From assembly GCF_000143415.4 (NCBI RefSeq), contig NW_003314269.1, forward strand, positions 1,158,623 through 1,222,622: a DNA stretch of 64,000 bases, read 5' to 3'. A program made the translations under genes and the position numbers. This DNA comes from Selaginella moellendorffii. Taxonomy: Eukaryota > Plantae > Lycopodiophyta. The notes below the pieces were generated by a model. The model saw nothing but the letters and a program-made list of their open reading frames with translations. It was not told where the DNA came from and searched no databases. This document shows positions 20,865-32,994 of the stretch, in pieces (position 1 is the first letter of the stretch; the number at the start of each line of letters is the position of its first letter).

Positions 20865-23096
20865 ATGGAGAGCTTCCAGCGCGCCATCGATGCGCTCGAC
20901 GCCCTTCTCACCGCGCCTGGATCTCTTTCGCCGCTCGAGTCCCATCTCCAGATCACTTCACAGCATCTCAGGGTATAAAACGCAGTTTTTCGTGAGTGCT
21001 TTCAAGCAAACCATAGAACTTTTGCTGTGTGCTAGCATTTGGATTTGGAAGAACCACTGTCCGAGCTCAGTGTCATTCATGTGGCCGGGACCAAAGGCAA
21101 AGTAGAATGGATCATAAATTCCTAGTTTTTCTTTCCAACGCTCTCGCTGTGAATTTAGGGGTCGACATGCGCTTTCGTGGAGGAGATACTGAGAGCTTCC
21201 GGGTTCCGGACGGGACTTTTCACTTCACCGCATCTACTGGACGTTAGAGAACGATTTCGTTTCGATGGGTACTGCATCGTTTTGAATTTGTTCCGACTTG
21301 TTTCTAAGTAGCGCTTATGCCAGGCAACCAGTCTCGCAGGAGCTCTTTGCCAAGTACTTTTGGTGGTGCTGGGAACGTCTACAGGTCTGGATTAAGCTAC
21401 AGTTCACTTCTAAAACTGCAATTATCAGGCTCTCCCAGGAGATAGTTTCCACAGTGGAGTTTCGATAGCGCGGGTTTCAAGGTTTCTCACTGTTCTAGCA
21501 TTCAAGATGTTTATCTCCGAGAAAGTATGGTTGTTGTCGGTTTCTTCTTCTTCTTCTTCTTCTGCTCTAGTCATGGGCTTATTATTTCTTGTATTTTGTA
21601 GGTGGATGTTGCAATTCTAGAAGTTGGTCTTGGTGGTCGATACGACACCACCAACGTCGTAATACCTTCGCCTTTCATTCTTGGGAAAGAACAGTGTCTA
21701 ACGAATTCTTGTGTTTTTTATTCATAGGTGAAATCCCCGGTTGTCTGCGGAGTAACTTCTCTTGGTTACGATCATATGGAAGTCCTGGGTAGGCTTTTCT
21801 AACACAAAAGTTTTTGATATTTAACACACTGGTGCAGGAAGTACTCTTGGAGAAATCGCTTCCGAAAAGGCTGGAATTTTCAAGGTACTTCAAAAAGTTT
21901 GTGAAGTTTCTAAATTCCACTGTAGGCAGGTGTTCCAGCCATAACCGTGCCACAGGCGAGCGAAGCTTTAGATTCTTTGCAAAAACGAGCAAAGGAACTC
22001 AATGTAATGCCACTTTTTGTTCTTCCGATATTCTCTAATGTTGCTGGACAGATTTGCTTGGAAGTGGCAGCCCCTTTGACAGCGTATGGCCTTGGAGACT
22101 TAGAACTGGGGCTCAAAGGCGAGCATCAGCGCGTAAACGCTGCACTCGCCGTAGCTCTTTGCAAACGCTGGGCCGGGAGTTCCGGACACAACGAGCACAA
22201 ACTTCTCGTAGAAAATGTCCATCGAGACTCTTCCGTTCTTTAAAGGCAAACTTACAGTTTCTGTTTTTCTAAATCGCAGGCTATCGAGCATGCTCGTCTG
22301 CCTGATTCTTACATCACTGGCCTCGTCCAAGCTCGCTGGGAAGGAAGAGCACAAGTCATCCATGACAAGCTTTGCAGCAACCTTAGCTTTTACATCGATG
22401 GAGCTCACAGCCCCGAGAGCATGGAAGTTTGCGGCAAATGGTTCTCTTCAGCGTCCAAAGCTGATGCTTCTCCGTGTGGAGATCAGTGCAAGGTTTGTGA
22501 GAAACTCTCTCATTTTGACGATCTCTCGTATAATGCGCTCTTCGCTCGCTACCGCACAGATCCTTCTTTTCAACTGCATGCCCAAGCGTGATCCACAGCT
22601 TCTCTTGCCACGCCTGAAGGAAGCCTGTGCTCGGGAGGAATCACCAATTCAGCTGGCTCTCTTTGTGCCACCATACTCGAGCAGCTTCTCGGTGAAGCAC
22701 ATTTGCACCGGGAGAGCTGACACTTCCTGGCAGGAGATCTTGTGGCAGCACTGGGAAGCACTGGAAGCAAGCAAAGATGATCACTGCTTCATCAACTCCA
22801 GCGAAAGCTCCAGCATCGTCCAACAGCTGAAAGACGACGAAGGCTTTTCTCGAGACACGAGTTTGATGATTGGATCCTCCAGCGCAGTATTGCCTTCGCT
22901 GCCATCATCGATACAATGGCTACAGCGTATTGCAAAAGGCTATCCTCAGCTACACTTGCAGGTACTCCAACGTTTTAGTCTAATTGTTCCTCTTTCTTTT
23001 TTCCCTTTCATTCCATAGCATGTAATCTTCCAGGTTCTTGTCACTGGCTCTTTGCACTTGGTCGGAGATGTCTTAAAACTTATCAAGTATACTTGA
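20865..23096 (+). CDS. FPGS: Folylpolyglutamate synthetase (multi-exon)
   Basis: Spliced motifs [73 protein letters not shown]. Confidence 0.93.
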
Positions 23097-23229
23097 TAAG
23101 CTATGCATACTTGTACAGGTTTGCTTAAGCAAACCAATTAGTTTGCTTAATGTAATCATGTCAATAACCACGTGATTTTTATTGGCTACCTACATTTCTC
23201 GCCATCATCCAAATGTATGGCCATAACCA

Positions 23230-24270
23230 AGATAGCAACGACTAGACGTTCAACCTGGATGTAGATTAAGAATTCCCAACCAGCGGAGCTGACAAGTCTG
23301 CTTCTTAGTTTCTGTGATATGACCAGCTATGGCCCATCCTATATTCTCGATTACTCTGGTCCAGATCGTGGCACCACCAAGTACTTTCAGTATGAGTTCC
23401 ATGAGCAGGACTCCAAAGCTATAGATTGTTAAAAAAGCTTGTATTGTGATAAGAAAAAAACTGAGGTTCATAGGTGTTTCAACCTAATGCAATGAGAGAG
23501 TTCCTTTTGAAATTTGATTTAGAGCCTCTAATTGTCTTTTCCCAAAGTGTTCTAAGAGAAAGTTTTCCTTTGTAAAAGATGTTAAAAAGCTTGTACTATG
23601 ATATGATAAAAACAGATGTTCACAAGAGTTTTGATTTTATGCAATGAGAGAGTTCCACTGGAAATTTGATTGAGAGCATCCAATCCAAAGTGTTCTAGAG
23701 AAAATTGCCTTTGTAAAAGATTCAAATTGAAGCTTTGTTCTTTTTGTCTTGAGAATGTATGTCATGACATGGGAAGTCTGGTAGAAAATTTTTTCGATGA
23801 CCTGGTATTCAGTGGGATCTTGATAGATACACTTTGTCACAAGATCTTCAAAGCATTTTGATGAGGGTGCTTCAGCTTCTCAGTTGCAACAGGTTGAGAG
23901 ATTAACCGGCTGTGGTTCACAGGAGTTTTGATTTTATTAGATTGCCAATTTTTACTCCAATCCATTATCCTGCAAGAATGTCTTCACCTGGACCATCCTC
24001 ATCATTGCTCACACCCACAACAGCCTCTTCTTAACCCCATTTATGTGTCTGACGTGTGAGCAAACATTGATGCTTTCTTTTAGATGACATAGATATTGTA
24101 TGATAAAGGTTAGTGATATGAACATTCAGGTAGGCAATAAAATCAAAACTCTTGTGAACCTTAGTTTTCTTTTTATCACAGTACAAGCTTTTTTAACAAG
24201 AGGCATCTATAGTTTTGGAGTCCTACTCATGGAACTCATACTCAAAGTATTTGGTGGTGCCACGATCACA
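23230..24270. repeat. Scrambled repeats containing a protein-kinase subdomain IX fragment in inverted orientation
   Basis: IYSFGVLLMELI is encoded on the minus strand near 23390-23430 and on the plus strand near 24205-24245. There is also a ~150-bp tandem duplication at 23428-23720. Confidence 0.6.
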
Positions 24271-24629
24271 GCATGATAATGATAAAGTAGAAAAGGTTAG
24301 CGAAGAAAATAAACAATGCTCATGATGCTGGTAGAGGATCAACTCCATCACTTATTTGAACTTTAGCAGCTAGTAAGGGATTTTAAACCTTTTGGGTTCA
24401 AGGGATAGAGGGGTTCATAGGAGTTTGATTTTATGAATGTTTGTATCGATAGCCTTTATCAATGTTAGCCTTTATCCATCAAAGTTTATTTTAATTTTTA
24501 ATCTAATGATAATATGATGCTATGCTATTGGAAATTTAATTTTTTTTGGAAAAAAAACATAAAAGGAAAACATTAAAGAGGTTAGAACAATATAGATACT
24601 TGTGGCCAATTTCACAAATGAAACTTCCT

Positions 24630-27600
24630 TAAAGTAGCTTTTAAAGAATGTATTAGTCAAATAAGCCCTTGGACAGGCCAAGATAAAATGAGTCAATGTG
24701 GAGTTTGATAGTATATTGCAAGCATGCAAGTGAGGAATGGCAACAACTCAAACTCATGCTTACTAGCAATAATCTCTGAAAAAGGTGGTAGAATATAAGT
24801 AGGATCTGAAATAAATGTAATATGGTTCTAATAAAGAAACATGAAACACCAAATAAAAGCCCATGGTAGAGAAAGATTAAGCTAATAAGTCATCTCAAAG
24901 GTTGTCTTAAATGTGATTATAAGTATTAAAAGTTACATATCAATTAATTCTTTTAGATATTCTATTATTGTCACATTGTTGGTATTGCTAGTTCCTTATG
25001 TTAGTCCTTTTTGTTTTTTGTTGAACTGTTACGAAACTAAGTTTAAGTAGAATAGGAATTGAAAGAATAGAAAGTGTCAAATATATTTAGTCTTGTTAGT
25101 TCTCTTTTGCTTTTTCATGTATTGGCTTGGCAAAAAGCTTTGTATATGGAGTATTAATCCCTTAAAATTGTTATATGATAACTTACTATATTTTCTATCT
25201 GTAACTTTGATCTTAAAGCACCTTTAAATTGATATTTATTCATTTATTTGTGATTGTAATTTGAGGAAAAGCTTTAAGGATAATTTTTTTTATCACTACA
25301 TTATTTATTTTATTAGTTTTGTTAGGAGTTTGTCATTGAGAGAAGAAAGGACGACTAAAGCAATGAAGAAAAAAGGATAGGATTTATAATTAACACTTTG
25401 AGTACACTGAAATCCCTAAGTTTATAGGGGCTTTTAATTTTATTCAAGCTAATAAAGAAACCTATTAATCTCAAATTGTATTAGACACTTAAGGTTTGAT
25501 TCTTACTGTGGCTAGTAATGGTGAATATACTCTTAATAAATATAAAGAAATGATAAATATATAACATTATGGCCCCCCTTTTTTATATAGAAATTTGCAA
25601 CCATCTTAGAAGTATGAACAAGATAATAAACAAATGCTCAACTATTATCTCTATGAGAATATCCAAGCCAATTAACCAAATAATAAAGTTTGTGATACTA
25701 GTACTTTGAGTCAAGAATGACAACAACCTCAAACTCATGCTTGCCAATAATAATATCTAGAGAAGGTGCTAAAGACTAGAGAGAGATGTATTGAAAAATG
25801 CTAAAAATTATTATAAATAAACTTAGTATAAGTAAGGAGAAGATATTGCTCAAGAGTTTGAATAGTATGCTTTGTTTACTTATCAGTCTAAGGATGGTAA
25901 AAAATAAATGATTTACTTTTGACATAGATAAAGGAAAGAAATTTGTCCTAAAAGGTCAAAACAAATTAATGCCTTTAATCATTAATAATATTATCTAACA
26001 ATACATGAAAGCTTAAAATCTTCTTATCAACAAATTTAGTTAAATTTTCTCTATCTTGACATGGTAACAAATGTGTCATTTTAGAAAATTGATGGACTAT
26101 AACAAAAACATTATTAACAAAGACACTTGAGATTGGTAATAAATCTATAAAATTAAATTTCTAATGCAATTAAGTAAGAGGAGTTGAAAAAGACCATATG
26201 GAAGATGTCAAGGCATCTTAATTTATCGATAATTATCACAAATATATACAAATTTTTATTTATATATATGCATATAGGGGCCACCAAAATTCTTGTTGAA
26301 TTAGTTTAAGTGCTATGCTGTTAGAGTGTTATAGCATACTTAAATCACACACAATTTCATTATGCAATCAGATAAATATAATTGAGTATATTAATAAAGG
26401 TCTATCCCAAAATAAAAAAACTTGATAATCACTATGTTAGGCTGAAGAAACACTAAGAAAAAAACTTGCCAAGATTCATAAGCAAATGAATTAGTAGTTT
26501 AAATTACTTAAATTTATAATTTAAGGGAGTGATCAAGAGGAACAAAATATTATGTAAGGGAATTGATTTTAAATTAACAGGATTTAATGAAAGTTTGGTG
26601 TTAAAAGTCAAATACAAAGTTTGAAGATGAGGGTGTAATATAACTATATCGAGTAAAAGTATCAACTTTTCTATTTACTTTTTCTAGGTGATGTATAATT
26701 ATAAATTAAAAATAGGATAATGATTGCGATTATCGAGTTTGATACTAAGGACACATACCAAGGCAATATTAAAGGTTTTTGCAATTATTATATATAGTAG
26801 TCATGTGCAGAAATGATACCAAGCTTCAAAAGGGTTTATAATTGCAATTAATTGTTTTGTTGAAGATATTATAATTGAATTGTGTAATTATACACTTTTG
26901 AAAGTGGAAACAATAAGGTGAATTTTGCTATTATGTCCCTTTGTGACAATACAATGCCCAAAATAGAATCTAAAATATTTATCTCAACAAAATATAATTT
27001 CATATTGTTTAGATGGATAAGAACTAAAATGGAAGGAAATGTAAGCTTTATAAGATAGTAAAACGTTTGGCCAATAAAAAGCCATATAAAAAAAGCATTT
27101 TTTATAGTGAGTCTCCTCATCAAATGAAAATGAATTTAGAAAAGTTTTGAATGAAGTGTTAATAAAAGTTTGCAAAACTAAGAAAATATTAAATATCATG
27201 AATAAAGTTTAGGTGTTGTTACTCAAGAATTCTTGGAAGGATCCATAATGATGACATAAAAAGAAATAATGTAATTTAAAATCTTTATTGAATCTTGATT
27301 AAAATATAAAAAAATGATCTTAGTGGAATATTAATATGAAAAGGCTTGGAAATTTAAAGTTAAGATGTGAAAACAATGAATCATCCTTAATTAAATTTAA
27401 TATTTTTTATTTTTCAAAATATAGATGTTGCCTCCACTATACAACCCTAAGGGCAAATGCAAAAACAAAAACATTGCTCCAAGAAGTGGTTTGCATCACT
27501 ATAAATTGTTCTCAATTTAACATTGTCATTCGGCATTGAAAAGACATTATTGATATATGGCTCCAATCTCCATTAAAAATATACTTTATTCATATGCTAG

Positions 27601-27950
27601 TTACTGTAAGATTTAAGTCATTAGACAAAGGAATAAAGATTTATTTATGATGTTCCAATTGACATTATTGCAATTAATTGTTACAATGAACAATAAGATT
27701 AATAATAGTTGTGAGAGATGTTAAATCTACATAAAAAAGCATAAGATCTTTGACATTTTTACAAAAGTAAAGATGGAAATATTTTTAAAGAGTTGCATTA
27801 TCCCATGAAAAATTAGTGGCAAACATCTAGAAGTCTAATATATAGATGGATGTAAATTTGAGCCTTGGTGTAAAAGAGTGGTCCTATTTGCAAATGATTT
27901 TAAAATAGTTTGTTCATAATTGCCACAAATGTTGCAAGAGCATTAGTGAG
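24630..27950 (-). mobile_element. Heavily decayed chromovirus (Ty3/gypsy) remnants
   Basis: Minus strand 25745-25635 reads GKHEFEVVVILDSKY*YHKLYYLVNWLGYSHRDNS* (chromodomain), followed by a polypurine tract (25571-25585) and TGTTAT. RNase H remnant near 26930-27000; second chromodomain relic near 24660-24790. Very AT-rich. Confidence 0.7.
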
Positions 27951-27959
27951 TCCAAAGGG

Positions 27960-28975
27960 CATGACTAAATGAATGATACACTCATCTACACTAAAACTGA
28001 AGAAGAACACGTCCACTTGCTATATAATGTGCTTGATCTGCTCAAGAAAAATGAGTTTTATTTAAATCTAAATAAAAGTTTCTTCTTTCAAGATCATAGT
28101 ATCTTGGGCCCTCTAGAGGGATCACAATGGATGTTCATAAGGTTGAGGCCATGAGGACGTGGTTAACTCCTCACAATCCACATGACAGTTACTCATTTTT
28201 GGGCTTTATAAGGTTTGGTTCTAGGGTTGTTAGGGATTTTTTTGTGATGTAATTTGCTTCTTTTAAGTGGAATGAAATAGAAGCTTCTATAGTGATGACA
28301 AATGCAAGTGATGCTAGAATTGGTGTTGTGCTCATGCAAGACAATCATATAATCACTTTTGAAAGCCACAAAAATTCAAGTGCTAATTCTCATTACTCAG
28401 TTTATGATAAAGAATTTCTTACCATGATTTATACTTTGCAAAAGTGGAAACACTTTCTCATAGGGGTGGATCTTGAAATGCATACCAATCATAATGCACT
28501 ACAACATTACCTCTCTCAGCCAGTTATGAATAAGTAATAGGCTCACTGGGTGGCCTTCTTTGCTAATTTTTGTTTTAAGACCATTTTTATTCTTAGCAAT
28601 AAGAATTTAGTGGCTGATGTGCTAAGTCAGAGGGCACATACACACACACATTAATGCTATTTTGGTGGTTTTCATTAATTTTGCAGTGTCTTTTCCATAT
28701 AAGTATATGACTGATTATTATTTTAAGCTTATATATGAGAGTTTAAAACATGAGTAATGTTCAGAGACTAAAATCTCTTTGTAAGACTTATTCTCTTTCT
28801 GAGTATTTGCTTTATTTCCATGATTGTCTTTGTGTTCTTTTGTGTAAGGATACTTGGACTAAAAACAGGATATGTGACATTTCTTTATTGGTTCAGAAAG
28901 AATATTCAAAGTATAAAATTGGATATTCTCCTAGTGAAAACGCATATTCCCCATGTTACTCCAGATGAAAACTCA
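27960..28975 (+). mobile_element. Decayed Ty3/gypsy RT/RNase H fragment
   Basis: DTLIYTKTEEEHVHLL, TNASDARIGVVLMQD, YSVYDKEFL, KWKHFL. Confidence 0.85.
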
Positions 28976-29189
28976 CCAATTGAAATTAATTTTATTGAAG
29001 ACTGGATCCCGATCATGGACCATGTATGGCAAGTGCTCCAGGCAGGCAGAAAGTCTTCCATGCTATCATTCCCAACACGCCCTAGAAATCGTCCAAGAAA
29101 TGATCGCTGTAGAGGCTTCCCGATACAATGTAGCTCGCAGACGATTCATTGAGAAGGACGTGATCTCTTTTGAAAAAACCAGCGTAATG

Positions 29190-30868
29190 AGCTCTCGAGA
29201 AATCTTCCGCAGGAGAGAGAGGATGTTGTCACAAGCAATCTTCTCCCTTGAAGCAAGCAGCCAGCAAACTCGTCCAAGTGACCATTGTGGCTTCGAACGG
29301 CATAGCTTCCACCATCTCCAGAGCTTCCTCGTGCTGCTTTGGTCGTCCAGCGTGTAGTGGTAGTGCTCAATGCCCGGATCTATAGACGTCATCTCCTAGA
29401 AAAACTTCTTGCCTTGCTCGATCATCCCAGCCCGGCTGCAAGTCGCGAGCACCGAGACATAAGTTACACCGTCCGGCTTGACACCCTCGTCACACATCTT
29501 CTCAAAGAGCTGGATCACTCGATCGCTGTCTCCCTAGCGGCTGTAGCCCGCGATAAGTGAGCTCCAACTCACAGCATCCTTCCTCGAGACCGAGTTGAAA
29601 ACCAGCTCCGCTTCGTCCATGCTCCCACATCTGCTGTAGAAATCTACCAACGAAGAGATCACGGCTCCCTGGAACTGGAACCCCAAGCTCGTGATCTCTT
29701 CGTGAAGTATCCGGCCAAGCTTCAAGGCTACCGAGCTTCCACAAGCTTTGAGCGCGCAAACGAGAGTCCAGACGTCTGGAGAACATCCCTCCAGTTGCAT
29801 TAGCAAGAAAAAATGTAGCGTTGTTTCGGCCTGACTGTTTTCAACGTACCCGAGCATCAATGCCGTCCAGCAGACTTGATTTGGCTGGAAAATGGTGCTA
29901 AACACTCCAAGAGCATTGCCCATGCTGCCACAAGCCGCGTACATTTGGATCAAGCAGCTATGGAGAAAGATATCCAAGAGATGGTTGGTAATTCGCAAGG
30001 CTTGCGCGTGAAAAGCCATACCTCTTTCCAGAGACTTCAGCTTGAGTATCCTTCCATGGATAGTTTCTTCTCCTCGTTCCCTCTTTGCTAAAGAAGTGAT
30101 GGCCTGGAACACCGCAACAAAGGTTCTGGCATTTGCTCCACTGCTTTCTCGTTGCATTTCCACGAAGAGCTCAAGCACCACCTCGCTCTGCCCATTCTCC
30201 ACAAAACCCTGCATCAAAGAAGTCCATAGAACTACGTCACGCTTTGGAGCTCCATGAAAAACCTTCCACGCATCCACCACGCTTCCACACCGAGCATACA
30301 TTTCCACCAGGCTGCTAGCTACCAAAGCGTTTGTGTCGATTCCCCTTGCAGTGGCAAGGGAGTGAAGAGCCATTCCTCTGTCAAGAGAAGAAAACTTCAC
30401 GACGAGCTCTAGATCTTCCAAAACCTTCCCATTCTCCTTCTCTGCGAGGCTCGCGCAGGCCATGAGCAATCCAATAAACGTGACAGAATTCCCTTGCAAG
30501 CCCCGCGATTCCATGTCCAGGAAGAGCTGGAGCGCAACCCCGCCATGCCCATTCACGGCATAGCCCAGAATGAGAGAATTCCACGCGACGAGGTCGGGGC
30601 AATTCATCCGGTCGAAAGCCCTGCGCGCCTCGTCCATGCAGCCGCACTTGCCATAGAGATTCACCAGGCTGCTCGCCACGAACGCATTGGAATCGAGGCC
30701 GCAGCACTCCGCCTCGGCGTGGATTTGCTTACCCCAATCCAGATCCCGGGATCGCGAGCATTCCTTGAGCGACGCAAGGAATCTCCTCACCTCGCAATCG
30801 CTGGAGTGGGCGCGGTCAAGCTTGGAACGGAAAGATCGAGGTCGGGAAGTGGAAGAACTAGGACTCAT
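29190..30868 (-). pseudogene. PPR-B copy 3, pseudogene
   Basis: CAG>TAG stops at 29534 and ~29396, plus 3' deletions. Confidence 0.9.
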
Positions 30869-30996
30869 TTGATTCTTTATATTAAACGGAACCCATGTCT
30901 TATAAACGATATTCGCGGTCCGTACTAGATTTTGATTTGATTGCATTTTTTGTTACCATATAAAAGGCCCTTTAGGATTCACACAATCAGGGTTTA

Positions 30997-31686
30997 ATGG
31001 CAGTGATCGAGAGCGTGGACAAGAAGGCTAGCGCTGTGGCGGCGATGGGCGCAATCAAGAAGGGAAAGAAGAGGCAGCGAGACAAGGACGGACAAGCTGA
31101 TACCAAGACTAGTGTTCCAAAAAGAAGGCGTGAGCTTCAGGAGGAGCCTCCCATGGTCCCCAAGAAAAATTCGAGCAGCAAGGTAACATACAAGATTGAT
31201 GGGTTAGTTATCACTTCCCACAGTGACTTTCATGATTTCTGGCCGCGATCGGCATCCAAGCTACTGGCACCAGACTTCCTCCACTGTGCTAGAGCTCAAG
31301 AGCTTCACAGCCTCCTCACCCAAGAGCTCTGCAGTAGAGACCGTGATGATTGTGCCCCGAGGAACGCCCAGCTCTTGGTGGTGATTGGCGGGACGAGATG
31401 CCACATGATGAGGCGACTCGAGGACTTGTGCCACTCGACTAGATGTGCTGGAGACAAGATCTGGTATGGAGTCCAGATTAAGGAAGGTGGAAGCTTGTGC
31501 ACGCTGTTCAAGTATATGTTTGATGGGAGGAGCGCAAGCATGAGCCGGGACATGTCCAAGGAAATCCATGCCAAGGATTGCAGAAACAAGACAAACAACA
31601 TGATTCAAGAGATCCTCTCCCATGTCTCTGGGAACAAGAGCAACAGTTACTTCTCTCCAATCCGTGTGGAGAGCGTCCACCATTGA
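30997..31686 (+). CDS. Orphan ORF-X, copy 3 (229 aa)
   Basis: ATG start; TATAAAA about 38 bp upstream and an agggttt telo-like box just before the ATG; intact frame. Confidence 0.7.
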   Translation: MAVIESVDKKASAVAAMGAIKKGKKRQRDKDGQADTKTSVPKRRRELQEEPPMVPKKNSSSKVTYKIDGLVITSHSDFHDFWPRSASKLLAPDFLHCARAQELHSLLTQELCSRDRDDCAPRNAQLLVVIGGTRCHMMRRLEDLCHSTRCAGDKIWYGVQIKEGGSLCTLFKYMFDGRSASMSRDMSKEIHAKDCRNKTNNMIQEILSHVSGNKSNSYFSPIRVESVHH

Positions 31687-31902
31687 CTGTAAGAATCACT
31701 CCTGTGTGTAAAAGCTTTAGAGTACATCAAAATGGAGAACAATTAAAAGTAGCGTGTTATTCCTCCCGATCGACATTGGTTTTGCTTCTTAGATTCCTGG
31801 TCCATTGCTTCACCAATATTGGCTGGCGATTCTATAACCGTGACATCCACAGATTTCAGTCTATTGATTTTGTTCTGGGCGGTGCCTGGAGAAATATTTA
31901 AA

Positions 31903-31976
31903 GGGCGTTAGTCCTTAATGGGTATGATTCTCGTTTTGGGTGCGAGAGGTCGCGAGCCCGATTCTCACAATGCCCC
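31903..31976 (+). pseudogene. tRNA-Pro(UGG) pseudogene, copy 3
   Basis: Same D-arm and T-loop lesions as copies 1 and 2. Confidence 0.85.
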
Positions 31977-32023
31977 TGTATTTTCAACAAATGCGAAATT
32001 ACTCGGCCGCCATCACCGTGCTC

Positions 32024-32403
32024 GGAATCGAAGAAGCCTTTTGCCTCGTCCAAGACCCCATTGCTCGCATAGGCGCCAAGCATCACTCGCGCGACCTTCA
32101 TGGCATACCCGTGGATCATGACGCTTCAAGTGATGGTCTTATTGAACATATGCTGGCACGAGGGTTGTAGCGGGCATGGAATAAAAAATTTGTTTAGCCA
32201 TCCCGGCCTTGGTATATACGCATAGCATAGCTTCCCACATCACTGCTGCTGGCTTTGTTAAAGAGATCAAAGCATGGGTTAAGGTCCTTGCAGCCCTATA
32301 TGCTTTGATCATCACTGTCCATGAGATGTCATTGCAATGTGGCAATCCATCAGAGACTTGTTGGGCTTGATCTGTCTCGCGGCTCTCTGCATAAGATTTG
32401 AGC
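32024..32403 (-). pseudogene. PPR-A fragment, copy 3
   Basis: Reverse complement of the 13070-13470 type sequence. Confidence 0.85.
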
Positions 32404-32994
32404 AAAAGTGGAAACACTTTCTCATAGGGGTGAATCTTGAAATGCATACCAACTACAACATTACCTCACTCAGCCAGTTATGAATAAGTAATAGGCTCAC
32501 TGGTTGGCCTTCTTTGCTAATTTTTGTTTTAAGACCATTTATATTCTTAGCAATAAGAATTTAGTGGCTGATGTGCTAAGTCAAAGGGCACATACACACA
32601 CACATTAATGGTATTTTGGTGGTTTTCATTAATTTTGCAGTGTCTTTTCCATATAAGTATATGACTGATTATTCTTTTAAGCTTATTTATGAGAGTTTTA
32701 AGCATGAGTAATGTTCAGAGACTAAAATCTCTTTGTATAAGACTTATTCTCTTTCTGAGTATTTGCTTTATTTCCATGATTGTCTTTGTGTTCTCTTGTG
32801 TAAGGATACTTGGACTATGCTTTTACTATGGCATGTTATTCGTAAACCAGTGTTGCATGATAAAAGACTATACTATGTGAAAAACAGGATATGTGACATT
32901 TCTTTATTGGTTCAGAAAGAATATTCTAAGTGTAAAATTGGATATTCTCCTAGTGAAAACGCATATTCCCCATGTTACTCCAGATGAAAACTCA
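32402..32994 (+). repeat. Direct repeat of the retroelement fragment at 28438-28975
   Basis: Near-identical from gcaaaagtggaaacac to cagatgaaaactca, differing by small indels. Confidence 0.9.
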
